Positions 18,431 through 27,522 of a DNA stretch of 60,824 nucleotides are shown one piece after another. The notes beneath the pieces are model-generated. The model ran no database searches. It saw only the letters and a list, made by a program, of their open reading frames with translations, and was not told where the DNA came from. The position numbers were made by a program, and so were the translations under genes. Location of the stretch: NCBI GenBank assembly GCA_029571225.1, contig JAKPTF010000011.1:1-60824 (forward strand), given 5' to 3'. Every line of letters begins with the position of its first letter. Position 1 is the stretch's first letter. This DNA is from Candidatus Omnitrophota bacterium (lineage in GTDB: Bacteria > Omnitrophota > Gorgyraeia > Gygaellales > Profunditerraquicolaceae).

Positions 18431-20221
18431 ATGAAGCAGTATATCAGGCTGTTTAAGTTCATCTGGCCGCATAAGTTCCTGTTCGTCGGCGCGGGGATCT
18501 GCATGTTGATGTCCGCGCTGTTCGACGGAGTGACGCTGAGCATGATCATGCCCCTGGCGGACATCGTATTTACGGGCAAGAAGATCGTTGTTCCGGCATC
18601 CCTGCCGGGTTTTCTGGCCGGGATGGTCGATATCCTGAACCATATTCCGCCGTTCTTGCTTTTGAATTATATCGCCGCCGGGGTCATCGTACTGTACCTG
18701 CTAAAGGGGCTGTTCGGGTTTTTGCAAAGCTATTTCATGACCGATATATCCGCACTGGTCGTGCGTGATATACGTGCGAGCATCTATACGAAGTTCCATG
18801 CCCTTTCGCTCGATTATTTCACACATATGCGCGGCGGGGAGCTCATGTCTCGTATCACCAATGACGTTGGGCTGGTCGGCAACGCTATTTCATACGGGGC
18901 CACGGACCTGTTGTACCAGTCGCTGCAGGTCGTAGTGTTCGCCGCCATGATCCTTCTGATACATCCGAGGCTGGCGTTGTTATCCCTGATACTTCTGCCC
19001 CTGATCAGCTTTCCGATACTGAAGGTGGGGGTGATACTTAAGAAAATTTCCCGCCAGACGCAGGAAAAAATGGCCGATATCAACGCCCTGCTTTACGAGA
19101 CGATACTGGGCATGCGCGTGGTCAAGGCCTTTAATATGGAAAAAGCCGAGGTCAAGAAATTTATCGATACGAACAACTCATTCTATAAACTGTCCATGCG
19201 CGCGACCAAACGGATGCTGCTCCTGAGCCCTTTTACCGAGATGATTGGGGTCCTCGCCGCAGTGGTGGTGCTGTTCGTGGAAGGCAAGGAAGTGCTGGGA
19301 GGCAGAATGTCTTTCGGTACCCTCGGGGTTTCGCTCGCCGCGCTTTTGTCCATGCTCAGGCCGTTTAAGAAGCTCTCCCAGGTAAACTCGATAATCGCGC
19401 AGGCCATCGCAGGAAGCGAACGGATCCATAACGTCCTGGACACGGTGCCCACAGTAAGGGAAAAGGCCGAGGCGCGCGTCATGCCGCCGTTCGAGCGGTC
19501 AATCGTCTTCGACCATGTCTTCTTCAGCTACGGCCATGTCACGGTTCTCAAGGATATAGATTTAACGGTGAAGCGCGGGGAGATCATCGCCATCGTGGGG
19601 CCCAGCGGCGCAGGAAAGAGCACGCTTCTGGACCTGATCCCCCGGTTTTATGACCCTGATTCTGGCAGGATCATGATCGACGGCACGGATATAAAGGAAT
19701 TCACCTTTGAGTCGCTCCGCAGGAACATAGGCATCGTCACGCAGGAGACGATCCTGTTCAATGATAGCGTTGCCGGCAATATCGCCTTTGGCATGCCCGG
19801 GGCGTCGCATGAAGATATTGAGCGTGCCGCCAAGCAGGCGTACGTGCACGATATCATTATGAAGCTGAAGAACGGCTACGACACCTTTATCGGCGACCGT
19901 GGGGTCAAGCTCTCCGGAGGCGAGCGCCAGCGCATCGCGATCGCCAGGGCAATGCTCAAGAATGCCCCCATCCTGATCCTGGACGAGGCAACGTCTCAGC
20001 TCGATACGGAGTCGGAACGGCTCGTGCAGGATGCGTTGAACCTGTTGATGCGCGGCAGGACGGTTTTTGTCATCGCGCACCGCCTTTCCACGATCAGGCA
20101 CGCGACGCGCATCATGGTAATGAACGAGGGCCGCATCGTCGAGCATGGCACGCATGAACAGCTTCTCAATACGGCAGGCGGCCTGTATCAGAAGCTCTGC
20201 CTGAACCAGATCGTGGACTGA
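18431..20221 (+). CDS. msbA: ABC transporter permease/ATPase, MsbA-like lipid A exporter
   Basis: 596 aa. Six-TM N-half; Walker A GPSGAGKST; signature LSGGERQRIAIARA; Walker B ILILDEATS. Divergent from lpxB and followed by Kdo genes. Confidence 0.8.
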   Translation: MKQYIRLFKFIWPHKFLFVGAGICMLMSALFDGVTLSMIMPLADIVFTGKKIVVPASLPGFLAGMVDILNHIPPFLLLNYIAAGVIVLYLLKGLFGFLQSYFMTDISALVVRDIRASIYTKFHALSLDYFTHMRGGELMSRITNDVGLVGNAISYGATDLLYQSLQVVVFAAMILLIHPRLALLSLILLPLISFPILKVGVILKKISRQTQEKMADINALLYETILGMRVVKAFNMEKAEVKKFIDTNNSFYKLSMRATKRMLLLSPFTEMIGVLAAVVVLFVEGKEVLGGRMSFGTLGVSLAALLSMLRPFKKLSQVNSIIAQAIAGSERIHNVLDTVPTVREKAEARVMPPFERSIVFDHVFFSYGHVTVLKDIDLTVKRGEIIAIVGPSGAGKSTLLDLIPRFYDPDSGRIMIDGTDIKEFTFESLRRNIGIVTQETILFNDSVAGNIAFGMPGASHEDIERAAKQAYVHDIIMKLKNGYDTFIGDRGVKLSGGERQRIAIARAMLKNAPILILDEATSQLDTESERLVQDALNLLMRGRTVFVIAHRLSTIRHATRIMVMNEGRIVEHGTHEQLLNTAGGLYQKLCLNQIVD

Positions 20222-20251
20222 CGAATGCGGCATTGCGTGCGAGGTGATTTT

Positions 20252-21283
20252 ATGGTAAATTTAACACCTGTGAGAAAATACATCCCGCAGATAAGAAAGT
20301 TCTCCCGCGCGCGGGTCCTTGTCATCGGGGACCTTATACTGGACGAATACGTGCAGGGCACGGTCGAACGTATTTCGCCCGAGGCCCCGGTTCCGGTCGT
20401 GTGGGCCAGGGAGCGCAAGTTTGTTCCGGGCGGCGCAGCGAACGTCGCCAGCAACCTCAGGGCGCTTGGCGCCCGCGTGGCGCTCGCCGGGGTCGTCGGC
20501 CGCGACCATTACCGGGATATAATGCTTTACGAGTTGCGCAGGCGCGGCATCGATACAGCTGCTGTTATTGAAGAACGGGGAAGGCAGACGACGCTCAAAA
20601 GCAGGATTTTTGCGAGCCATCAGCAGGTCGTCAGGGTGGACTGGGAGCACGTGGGGCCGATCCTCAAGGCTACGGAGATAAAGCTCGACAGGTACGCCGC
20701 CGCGGCGCTCAAGAGATTCGACGCGGTCATCATAGAGGATTACGGCAAGGGAGTTTTTACCAACGCGCTTTTAGGCAGGATAATCTCCCGCGCGCGTTCC
20801 CTGGGCATCATTATTACGGTGGACCCTAAGGAAGACAACTTCGAGTCATACGGCGGTGTCACGGCCATCACGCCCAACCGCAAAGAGACCCAGAACGCCG
20901 TCAGGTATTTGAAGATGAAAGATACGAACAATGCCTTCAAGATCTATCATGACGCGCTCGAGAGCGATGCGGAGATAAGGCAGGCCGGATACGCGATCCT
21001 GGACCATCTGGGGCTTGAAAGCCTTCTTGTGACGCTGGGCGAACACGGCATGTGGCTGTTTGAGAAGGGGCGCGATGAGCATATCCCGACGGTGGCGCAG
21101 GAAGTGTTCGATGTCTCCGGGGCCGGGGATACGACCATCGCCACTTTTACGCTGGCCTTGTGCTCCGGCATGTCCAAGCATGCTGCCGCGGTTACGGCCA
21201 ACATCGCCGCAGGCATCGTAGTGGGCAAACTAGGGACCGCGACGGTCAGCAGGGAAGAATTAATCGAGAGGATGCGTGCTTAG
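20252..21283 (+). CDS. hldA: D-glycero-beta-D-manno-heptose-7-phosphate kinase (RfaE domain I, PfkB family)
   Basis: VLVIGDLILDEYVQGTVERISPEAPVPVV and DVSGAGDT blocks. Start taken at the ATG at 20252, after GAGGTGA. Confidence 0.8.
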   Translation: MVNLTPVRKYIPQIRKFSRARVLVIGDLILDEYVQGTVERISPEAPVPVVWARERKFVPGGAANVASNLRALGARVALAGVVGRDHYRDIMLYELRRRGIDTAAVIEERGRQTTLKSRIFASHQQVVRVDWEHVGPILKATEIKLDRYAAAALKRFDAVIIEDYGKGVFTNALLGRIISRARSLGIIITVDPKEDNFESYGGVTAITPNRKETQNAVRYLKMKDTNNAFKIYHDALESDAEIRQAGYAILDHLGLESLLVTLGEHGMWLFEKGRDEHIPTVAQEVFDVSGAGDTTIATFTLALCSGMSKHAAAVTANIAAGIVVGKLGTATVSREELIERMRA

Positions 21284-22048
21284 ATGAAAGAAGAAATCGG
21301 CAAAGAAGATGTGATCGGGGTTATTCCGGCCCGCTATTCGTCCACGCGGTTCGAGGGTAAGGTCCTGGCTGATATCGGCGGAAAGCCTATGATCCAGCAC
21401 GTCTGGGAACGGGCGCGGCAGGCGAAACTGGTTGATGATCTGATCATCGCCTGCGATGACGAGCGCGTCGCCGCGGCGGCTAGGGAATTCGGGGCCCGCG
21501 TCGTCATGACTGCAAAGCAGCATACCTGCGGGACTGACAGGATCGCCGAAGTCGTCAATCCGCTCGAATGCAAGGTCGTGATTAATATACAGGGAGACGA
21601 ACCGCTGCTCCATCCCACAATGATCGATAATGTCGCCCGGGTCCTGCTCGATGATCCCTCGGTCGCTATGGCGACCATCATCAAGCGTATCGATGATCCG
21701 GCCGTCATCGCCGATCCTCATGTGGTGAAGGTTGTCGTAGGGAAAAATGATTTCGCGCTCTATTTCTCGCGTGCGCCGATACCGTTCCTGGCACACAACT
21801 CCGAGGTCAAGGATCCCGTATACTACAAGCATATCGGCCTGTACGGTTATACGAAGGATTTTCTTTTCACCTTCAAGAATCTGAAGCCTTCCGTGCTCGA
21901 GAAGACCGAAAAACTGGAACAACTGCGCGTGCTCGAAGAAGGCTACCGCATCAAGGTCATTGAGACCAAGTACGATACCATCGGCGTTGATACGGCGGAG
22001 GACCTGGAGAAGTTGAAGACATTCATGCGCGGCAAGGAGGCGCAATGA
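21284..22048 (+). CDS. kdsB: 3-deoxy-manno-octulosonate cytidylyltransferase (CMP-Kdo synthetase)
   Basis: IPARYSSTRFEGKVLADIGGKPMIQHVWERA; NIQGDEP block; 254 aa. Confidence 0.92.
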   Translation: MKEEIGKEDVIGVIPARYSSTRFEGKVLADIGGKPMIQHVWERARQAKLVDDLIIACDDERVAAAAREFGARVVMTAKQHTCGTDRIAEVVNPLECKVVINIQGDEPLLHPTMIDNVARVLLDDPSVAMATIIKRIDDPAVIADPHVVKVVVGKNDFALYFSRAPIPFLAHNSEVKDPVYYKHIGLYGYTKDFLFTFKNLKPSVLEKTEKLEQLRVLEEGYRIKVIETKYDTIGVDTAEDLEKLKTFMRGKEAQ

Positions 22049-22857
22049 CCGCCGTCAAAATCGGAAACGTGGCTGCAGGGGGAAGATCGGCAATGCTGCT
22101 TATTGCCGGGCCTTGCGTGATCGAATCGGAGAAACACTGTTTGACAATGGCGCGCAGGCTCAAAGAGATCGCCGGTCATGCCGGGATCCCGTTTGTTTTC
22201 AAGGCAAGCTATGACAAGGCGAACCGCATGTCCATCGATTCTTTTCGCGGGCCAGGCCTGCGCAAAGGGCTGGATATCCTTTATAAGGTGAAACAGAAGG
22301 CGGGAGTGGCTGTATTAAGCGATGTACACAGCACGGCCGAGGTTCCGTACGCCAGCGAGGTGCTCGATTGCATTCAGATCCCCGCCCTCCTGTGCCGTCA
22401 GACGGATCTTGTTGTTGCCGCGGCAAAGACCGGCAGGGCGGTCAATATCAAGAAGGGCCAGTTCCTGGCGCCGTGGGACATGCTTCCGGTCATCAGGAAG
22501 GCGGAATCAACGGGAAACAGGAACATCATAGTCACCGAGCGAGGTTTTTCGTTCGGATATAACAACCTCGTCACGGATATGCGGTCGCTGGCTGTCCTGG
22601 CAGGGTTCGGATACCCGGTCGTCTACGACGCGACTCACAGTATACAGCTTCCCGGAGGAAAAGGCAATTGTTCGGGCGGCCAGCGCGAGTTCGTTGAAGG
22701 ATTGAGCAGGGCTGCGGTGGCGTTCGGATGCGACGGCCTGTTCCTGGAGGTCCATGACCGTCCTGACAAGGCATTATGCGACGGGCCTAATATGATCGAC
22801 CTGCAGACTTTGGCCCGTTTGCTCAAACAGGTCACGAGGATACGCAAATGCCTATAA
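22045..22857 (+). CDS. kdsA: 3-deoxy-8-phosphooctulonate synthase (Kdo8P synthase)
   Basis: 270 aa. FKASYDKANRMS; IPALLCRQTDL; ATHSIQLPGG blocks. ATGA overlap with kdsB. Confidence 0.92.
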   Translation: MTAVKIGNVAAGGRSAMLLIAGPCVIESEKHCLTMARRLKEIAGHAGIPFVFKASYDKANRMSIDSFRGPGLRKGLDILYKVKQKAGVAVLSDVHSTAEVPYASEVLDCIQIPALLCRQTDLVVAAAKTGRAVNIKKGQFLAPWDMLPVIRKAESTGNRNIIVTERGFSFGYNNLVTDMRSLAVLAGFGYPVVYDATHSIQLPGGKGNCSGGQREFVEGLSRAAVAFGCDGLFLEVHDRPDKALCDGPNMIDLQTLARLLKQVTRIRKCL

Positions 22858-23822
22858 AAATCAATCCGGTTAAACGGGCGCGTGAGGTCATAGATATCGA
22901 AGCCGAAGCCGTGCGCGCGCTGAAATCCAGGATCGGCCCCCCCTTCGTACGGGCGCTTGAGCTGATGATGAAAGCACGCGGCAGGACCGTGGTCAGCGGC
23001 ATGGGCAAGACCGGCATTATTGCTCAGAAATTCTCCGCGACCCTGGCGTCAACTGGGACGCCGAGCCTTTTTCTCCATCTTGCAGAGGCCTCGCACGGCG
23101 ACCTCGGAAAGGTCACGCAAGACGATGTCGTAATAATCCTGTCCAATTCAGGCTCGACGGCAGAGGTCAAACAGCTGCTGCCGTTTTTGAAAAAAATCGG
23201 ATCAAAGATTATAGCAATGACCGGGAATCCCGCATCCCCGCTTGCCAGGTACGCGGACGTCGTACTCGATGTCTCGGTCAAACGGGAGGCATGCCCTTTG
23301 AACCTTGCGCCGACCGCCTCGACTACCGCGACTCTCGTTCTGGCGGACGCGCTTGCTGTATGCCTGCTTGAATTGAAAGGGTTTAAAGAGAGGGATTTTG
23401 CCTTGTTCCATCCGGGCGGCGCGTTAGGCAGGCGTTTACTGCTGACCGTTGCCGATATCATGCGCACGGGCCGGATGAACCCGCAGGTGACCGCCGAGAA
23501 GACAGTCTCGCATGTCCTTCTCAAGATCACCCAGGCGAGGGCGGGCGCCGCGCTGATCGTGGACGCCAGAGGAAGGCTTCTGGGGATCTTCACCGACGGC
23601 GACCTGCGCCGCCATCTGGAATCCGATCCTGAACTTCCGCGCCGGCGCATCGCCGACGTCATGACAAAGAATCCGCTGGTGGTAAGGCGCGAAACGCTTG
23701 CTGCCGAAGCGCTCCATTTGATGGAAGAGCGCAAGATAGACGAATTGCCCGTAGTCGATGAAGGCCGCAGGGCTATCGGCCTGCTGGATGTCCAGGATCT
23801 CCTTCGCGCAGGCATCGTATAG
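22848..23822 (+). CDS. kdsD: arabinose-5-phosphate isomerase (SIS domain plus tandem CBS)
   Basis: GMGKTGIIAQKFSATLASTGTPS SIS block; two C-terminal CBS repeats; 324 aa. Confidence 0.9.
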   Translation: MPIKINPVKRAREVIDIEAEAVRALKSRIGPPFVRALELMMKARGRTVVSGMGKTGIIAQKFSATLASTGTPSLFLHLAEASHGDLGKVTQDDVVIILSNSGSTAEVKQLLPFLKKIGSKIIAMTGNPASPLARYADVVLDVSVKREACPLNLAPTASTTATLVLADALAVCLLELKGFKERDFALFHPGGALGRRLLLTVADIMRTGRMNPQVTAEKTVSHVLLKITQARAGAALIVDARGRLLGIFTDGDLRRHLESDPELPRRRIADVMTKNPLVVRRETLAAEALHLMEERKIDELPVVDEGRRAIGLLDVQDLLRAGIV

Positions 23823-23825
23823 GCC

Positions 23826-24356
23826 ATGGTCAATCGATCTGTTATCGAAAAAGCCAAAAAAGTGAAGGTCCTGCTTCTTGATGTCGACGGCGTCCTGACA
23901 GACGGCAGGATCGTCTATGATTCGTCGGGCAGGAACTCCAAATTCTACGATGTACACGACGGTATGGGCGTGCATCTTCTGCATACGCGCGGCATTCCCA
24001 CCGTTTTGATATCGGCCAAAAGGTCTGCGGCAATCGGGCCCCGCGCCCGCGATATGCACGTCGACCGGGTGTACGAGAATATCAAACCCAAGACCGCTGT
24101 GCTGGATGATATCAAAAAGCGCTACGGCGTGGGTCCCGCAGAGATGTGTTTTGTCGGAGACGATCTTGTCGATATATGCCTGATGCGAAAAGTCGGCCTG
24201 CCGATAGCGGTGGCCAATGCCTGCGACGAGGTCAAGGCTTCTGCCGCATGGGTCACGTCCCGGCAGGGAGGAAGAGGCGCGGTCAGAGAAGTAAGCGAGA
24301 TGATCCTCAAGGCGCAGGGCCAGTGGCTCCGGGCCATACGGCCATATGAGGAGTAA
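23826..24356 (+). CDS. kdsC: 3-deoxy-D-manno-octulosonate-8-phosphate phosphatase (HAD superfamily)
   Basis: LLLDVDGVLTDGRI HAD motif I; GDDLVD motif; 176 aa. Confidence 0.88.
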   Translation: MVNRSVIEKAKKVKVLLLDVDGVLTDGRIVYDSSGRNSKFYDVHDGMGVHLLHTRGIPTVLISAKRSAAIGPRARDMHVDRVYENIKPKTAVLDDIKKRYGVGPAEMCFVGDDLVDICLMRKVGLPIAVANACDEVKASAAWVTSRQGGRGAVREVSEMILKAQGQWLRAIRPYEE

Positions 24357-25230
24357 CGCAGTGTTCAGGCTCGCGGTCTTGTCTTCTGCGGTATCGTTGG
24401 TGCTTGCGAATGCGGCATTGGGCGCGCAAGAGAGCGGCCGGACGGCAGCGGACACCCAGGAAATGTCGGATTTTTCCCTTTCGGGTTTCGGGGACAAGGG
24501 CGCGAAGGCCTGGGACGTGAAGGGCAAGTCAGCCGATATCGGAACCGAGGTCATCAAGCTCAAAGATATAGTCGGCAATTTTTACGGTGCCGAGGAAACA
24601 GTCAGGCTAACGGCAAAGACAGGGAACTTTAACAGGCTCGAAGGCAATATCCATCTCCAGGACGATGTCGTAGTCACGACCTCGACAGGGGCGAGACTGC
24701 TGACTGATGCTTTGGATTGGGACCGTAAACGCCAGGTCATCGAAACGAAAGATCAGGTAAAAATGTATAAGGCAAATATGACCGCCACAGGCCTAGGCGC
24801 CAAGGGGTTCCCTGACCTGAACAAGCTGGATCTTGAGAAAGATGTGACGGTGAAGATCGACCAGCGCATCGAGATCACCTGCGACGGCGCCCTGCAGGTG
24901 GATTATCAGAAGAACATTGCGACCTTTAATAAAAACGTCAAAGTGACGACGCAGGACGGCGTGATCACCGGGGATCAGATGGAGCTGTATTTCAGCACGG
25001 AGCAGGCCTCGGGCAAAGGCGGCAGGGCAGCCATCGATGATATCGCCGCAGCCGGCTCCAGGATCGAGCGTATATACGCGCGCGGCAATGTAACCATCAC
25101 GCGCGCAGGCAACGTTTCGTACAGCGAAGAGGCGGTATATTCGGCGCTCGAGAACAAGATCACGCTTTTGGGCAGGCCGAAGCTCGTAATATATTCGTCG
25201 GAGGGATTGAATGCACCTTCTGGAAATTAA
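24346..25230 (+). CDS. periplasmic LPS-transport protein with two OstA-like modules (LptC-like then LptA-like) in one ORF
   Basis: Signal/anchor peptide. Residues about 40-165 resemble LptC (LLTDALDWDRKRQVIETKDQVKM). Residues about 165-290 resemble LptA (ITCDGALQVDYQKNIATFNKNVKV...ARGNVTITRAGNVSYSEEAVY...ITLLG). It sits where E. coli has lptC and lptA. An alternative GTG start at 24361 follows AGGAG. Confidence 0.65.
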   Translation: MRSNAVFRLAVLSSAVSLVLANAALGAQESGRTAADTQEMSDFSLSGFGDKGAKAWDVKGKSADIGTEVIKLKDIVGNFYGAEETVRLTAKTGNFNRLEGNIHLQDDVVVTTSTGARLLTDALDWDRKRQVIETKDQVKMYKANMTATGLGAKGFPDLNKLDLEKDVTVKIDQRIEITCDGALQVDYQKNIATFNKNVKVTTQDGVITGDQMELYFSTEQASGKGGRAAIDDIAAAGSRIERIYARGNVTITRAGNVSYSEEAVYSALENKITLLGRPKLVIYSSEGLNAPSGN

Positions 25231-25933
25231 GAACCTGTGCAAGAGTTACGACGGCCGCGAGGTCGTAAAGGGCGTGGATATGCTCGTGAAGCGCGGAGAG
25301 ATCGTGGGGCTGCTCGGACCAAACGGCGCGGGCAAGACTACCACCTTTTACATGGTCGTGGGCATCATCCCTCCGAACAAGGGAAAGATCGTGTTCGACA
25401 ATCAGGATATTACTGGCCTGCCGATCCACGAACGGGCCCATTACGGCATCGGCTACCTTTCGCAGGAGCCGTCTATCTTCAGAAAGATGACCGTGCGGCA
25501 GAACATAATGGCTATCCTGGAGACGCTTGCGATCAGCAGGGCCGAGCGCAGGCGCAGGCTTGAGAGCCTTCTTGAGGAGCTCAAGATATCGCATCTTGCC
25601 GATCATAAGGCGTTCACGCTTTCAGGGGGAGAGCGGCGAAGGCTCGAGATCACCCGAGCCCTGGTGACGAATCCGTCTTTCATCCTTCTTGATGAGCCGT
25701 TCTCCGGGATCGACCCCATCATCGTAGGCGAGGCCCAGGAGATCATCAAGGAGCTGCGCAATAAAGGGCTGGGGATACTGTTGACCGATCACAACGTGCG
25801 CGAAACCCTCTCGATCACCGACCGTGCGTACCTGATCGCAGACGGCAGGATCCTTATCTCAGGCACTGCGCAGGAGCTTATCAATAATCCCCGCGCCCGG
25901 GAGATATATCTGGGCGAGAAGTTCAGCATGTAA
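25211..25933 (+). CDS. lptB: LPS export ABC transporter ATP-binding protein
   Basis: 240 aa. GPNGAGKTT; LSGGERRRLEITRAL; FILLDEPFSGIDP. Confidence 0.92.
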   Translation: MHLLEIKNLCKSYDGREVVKGVDMLVKRGEIVGLLGPNGAGKTTTFYMVVGIIPPNKGKIVFDNQDITGLPIHERAHYGIGYLSQEPSIFRKMTVRQNIMAILETLAISRAERRRRLESLLEELKISHLADHKAFTLSGGERRRLEITRALVTNPSFILLDEPFSGIDPIIVGEAQEIIKELRNKGLGILLTDHNVRETLSITDRAYLIADGRILISGTAQELINNPRAREIYLGEKFSM

Positions 25934-25977
25934 GCGAAGGCGAAATTATCAATCCGATAAACACGAGAGAGGAATTC

Positions 25978-26859
25978 ATGAAAGCCGAAGTGAAGAAACT
26001 GGACAATTCGACACGGCAGCTCCGCGTGGAGGTCTCCGGCGATGTCGTGAAGAACAAATTTGAGGATGTGTTCAAGAAGATAGCGCGGGAAGCCAAGGTC
26101 AAGGGGTTCCGCCCCGGCCATGCCCCTCGGGATATCGTGGAGAAAGAGTATTCCCATGTCGCTCACGAGCAGGTGCTCCGGGAGCTTATCCCCGAGGTCT
26201 ATCAGCAGGCGCTCGACCAGGAGAAGATAGACGCCATCGACTATCCGCAGATCTCAGACGTCAAGCTCGAAAGGACGTTGTTGTCCTTCACGGCCAAGGT
26301 CGAGATCACGCCCGAAATAGAGGTCAAGGATTATAAAGGGATCCCGTTGTCGTATACGAAGCCGTCGGTCGGCGCGGACGAAATCAAGCGCCAGCTTGAT
26401 TCGATCAAAGAGTCGCGCAAGATTGACGCGATTGATGACGCGTTCGCCCGGGGGCTGGGCTATCCGTCCCTTGAGGAATTGCGTGCCGTCATGGAACGGC
26501 AGGCTCTCGTCACCAAGGACAACGCGCAGCGCCATGCAATCGAGAAACAGCTTATCGACCATCTGACCAAGGGGCTCAACGTCAAGCTTCCTCAATCTCT
26601 GGTCTCAAAGCAGGCGGAAGACATGCTGCGCCAGACCAAGATCGACCTTGCATTAAAGGGCGTGCCCAAGGAAAAGATAATTGAGGAAGAAGCCGCCCTG
26701 CGCAAGGAGATCCTGCCGCAGGCCGAGCGGCAGGTCCTTGTATATCTGGTATTGTCCGCCATTGCGCGCAGGGAAAACATTCCGGTCGACGATCATATGA
26801 CGCACAAGGTTATGGAATTCCTGTACGCGAACGCGAAATGGGAGACGAAGACAGCGTGA
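25978..26859 (+). CDS. tig: trigger factor lacking the FKBP/PPIase domain
   Basis: 293 aa. N-domain with GFRPGHAP ribosome-binding signature, joined directly to C-domain-like helices. Located immediately upstream of clpP, as in the conserved tig-clpP arrangement. Confidence 0.8.
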   Translation: MKAEVKKLDNSTRQLRVEVSGDVVKNKFEDVFKKIAREAKVKGFRPGHAPRDIVEKEYSHVAHEQVLRELIPEVYQQALDQEKIDAIDYPQISDVKLERTLLSFTAKVEITPEIEVKDYKGIPLSYTKPSVGADEIKRQLDSIKESRKIDAIDDAFARGLGYPSLEELRAVMERQALVTKDNAQRHAIEKQLIDHLTKGLNVKLPQSLVSKQAEDMLRQTKIDLALKGVPKEKIIEEEAALRKEILPQAERQVLVYLVLSAIARRENIPVDDHMTHKVMEFLYANAKWETKTA

Positions 26860-26888
26860 GAACGTGCTTACAACGGAGGTGATACGTG

Positions 26889-27494
26889 ATGCCGAAATCA
26901 CAGATCCTGGTACCGATGGTCGTGGAGCAGACGTCAAAAGGGTATGAGCGGGCGTATGACATATACTCCCGCCTCTTAAAGGACCGGATCGTCTTTCTGG
27001 GAACGCCCATAGACGATATGGTGGCCAACGTAGTCATCGCGCAGCTGTTGTTCCTGCAGCAGGAAGACCCGTCCAAGGAGATCAGCCTGTATATCAATTC
27101 GCCAGGAGGTTCCGTCACCGCAGGGCTGGCGATCTACGATACCATGCAGTTCATCAAACCGGACGTGGCCACGTATTGCGTCGGCCAGGCGGCGAGCATG
27201 GGCGCCATACTTCTGTGCGCCGGGACCAAGGGCAAACGCTTTTCATTGCCGAACTCCCGCGTTATGATCCATCAACCCTGGGGCGGGGTGCAGGGTGCTG
27301 CCGAGGACATATCGCGCCAGGCGACCGAGATACTGAAACTGCGCGATAAGATTAACAATATCCTGTCCGTCCATACGGGCCAGCCCCTTGACCGGATCCA
27401 GAAAGACGCGGACCGAGATTATTTTATGTCGTCCCAGGAGGCCAGGGATTACGGCCTCGTTGATGAGGTCATCATAGGCAAATTGAAGAAATAG
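26889..27494 (+). CDS. clpP: ATP-dependent Clp protease proteolytic subunit
   Basis: [16 protein letters not shown]; catalytic GQAASMGA and MIHQP blocks. ATG at 26889 follows GGAGG (the track starts 3 nt earlier at a GTG). Confidence 0.95.
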   Translation: MPKSQILVPMVVEQTSKGYERAYDIYSRLLKDRIVFLGTPIDDMVANVVIAQLLFLQQEDPSKEISLYINSPGGSVTAGLAIYDTMQFIKPDVATYCVGQAASMGAILLCAGTKGKRFSLPNSRVMIHQPWGGVQGAAEDISRQATEILKLRDKINNILSVHTGQPLDRIQKDADRDYFMSSQEARDYGLVDEVIIGKLKK

Positions 27495-27522
27495 CATTTG
27501 CGTTGGAAGGCAAGGAGAAGAC

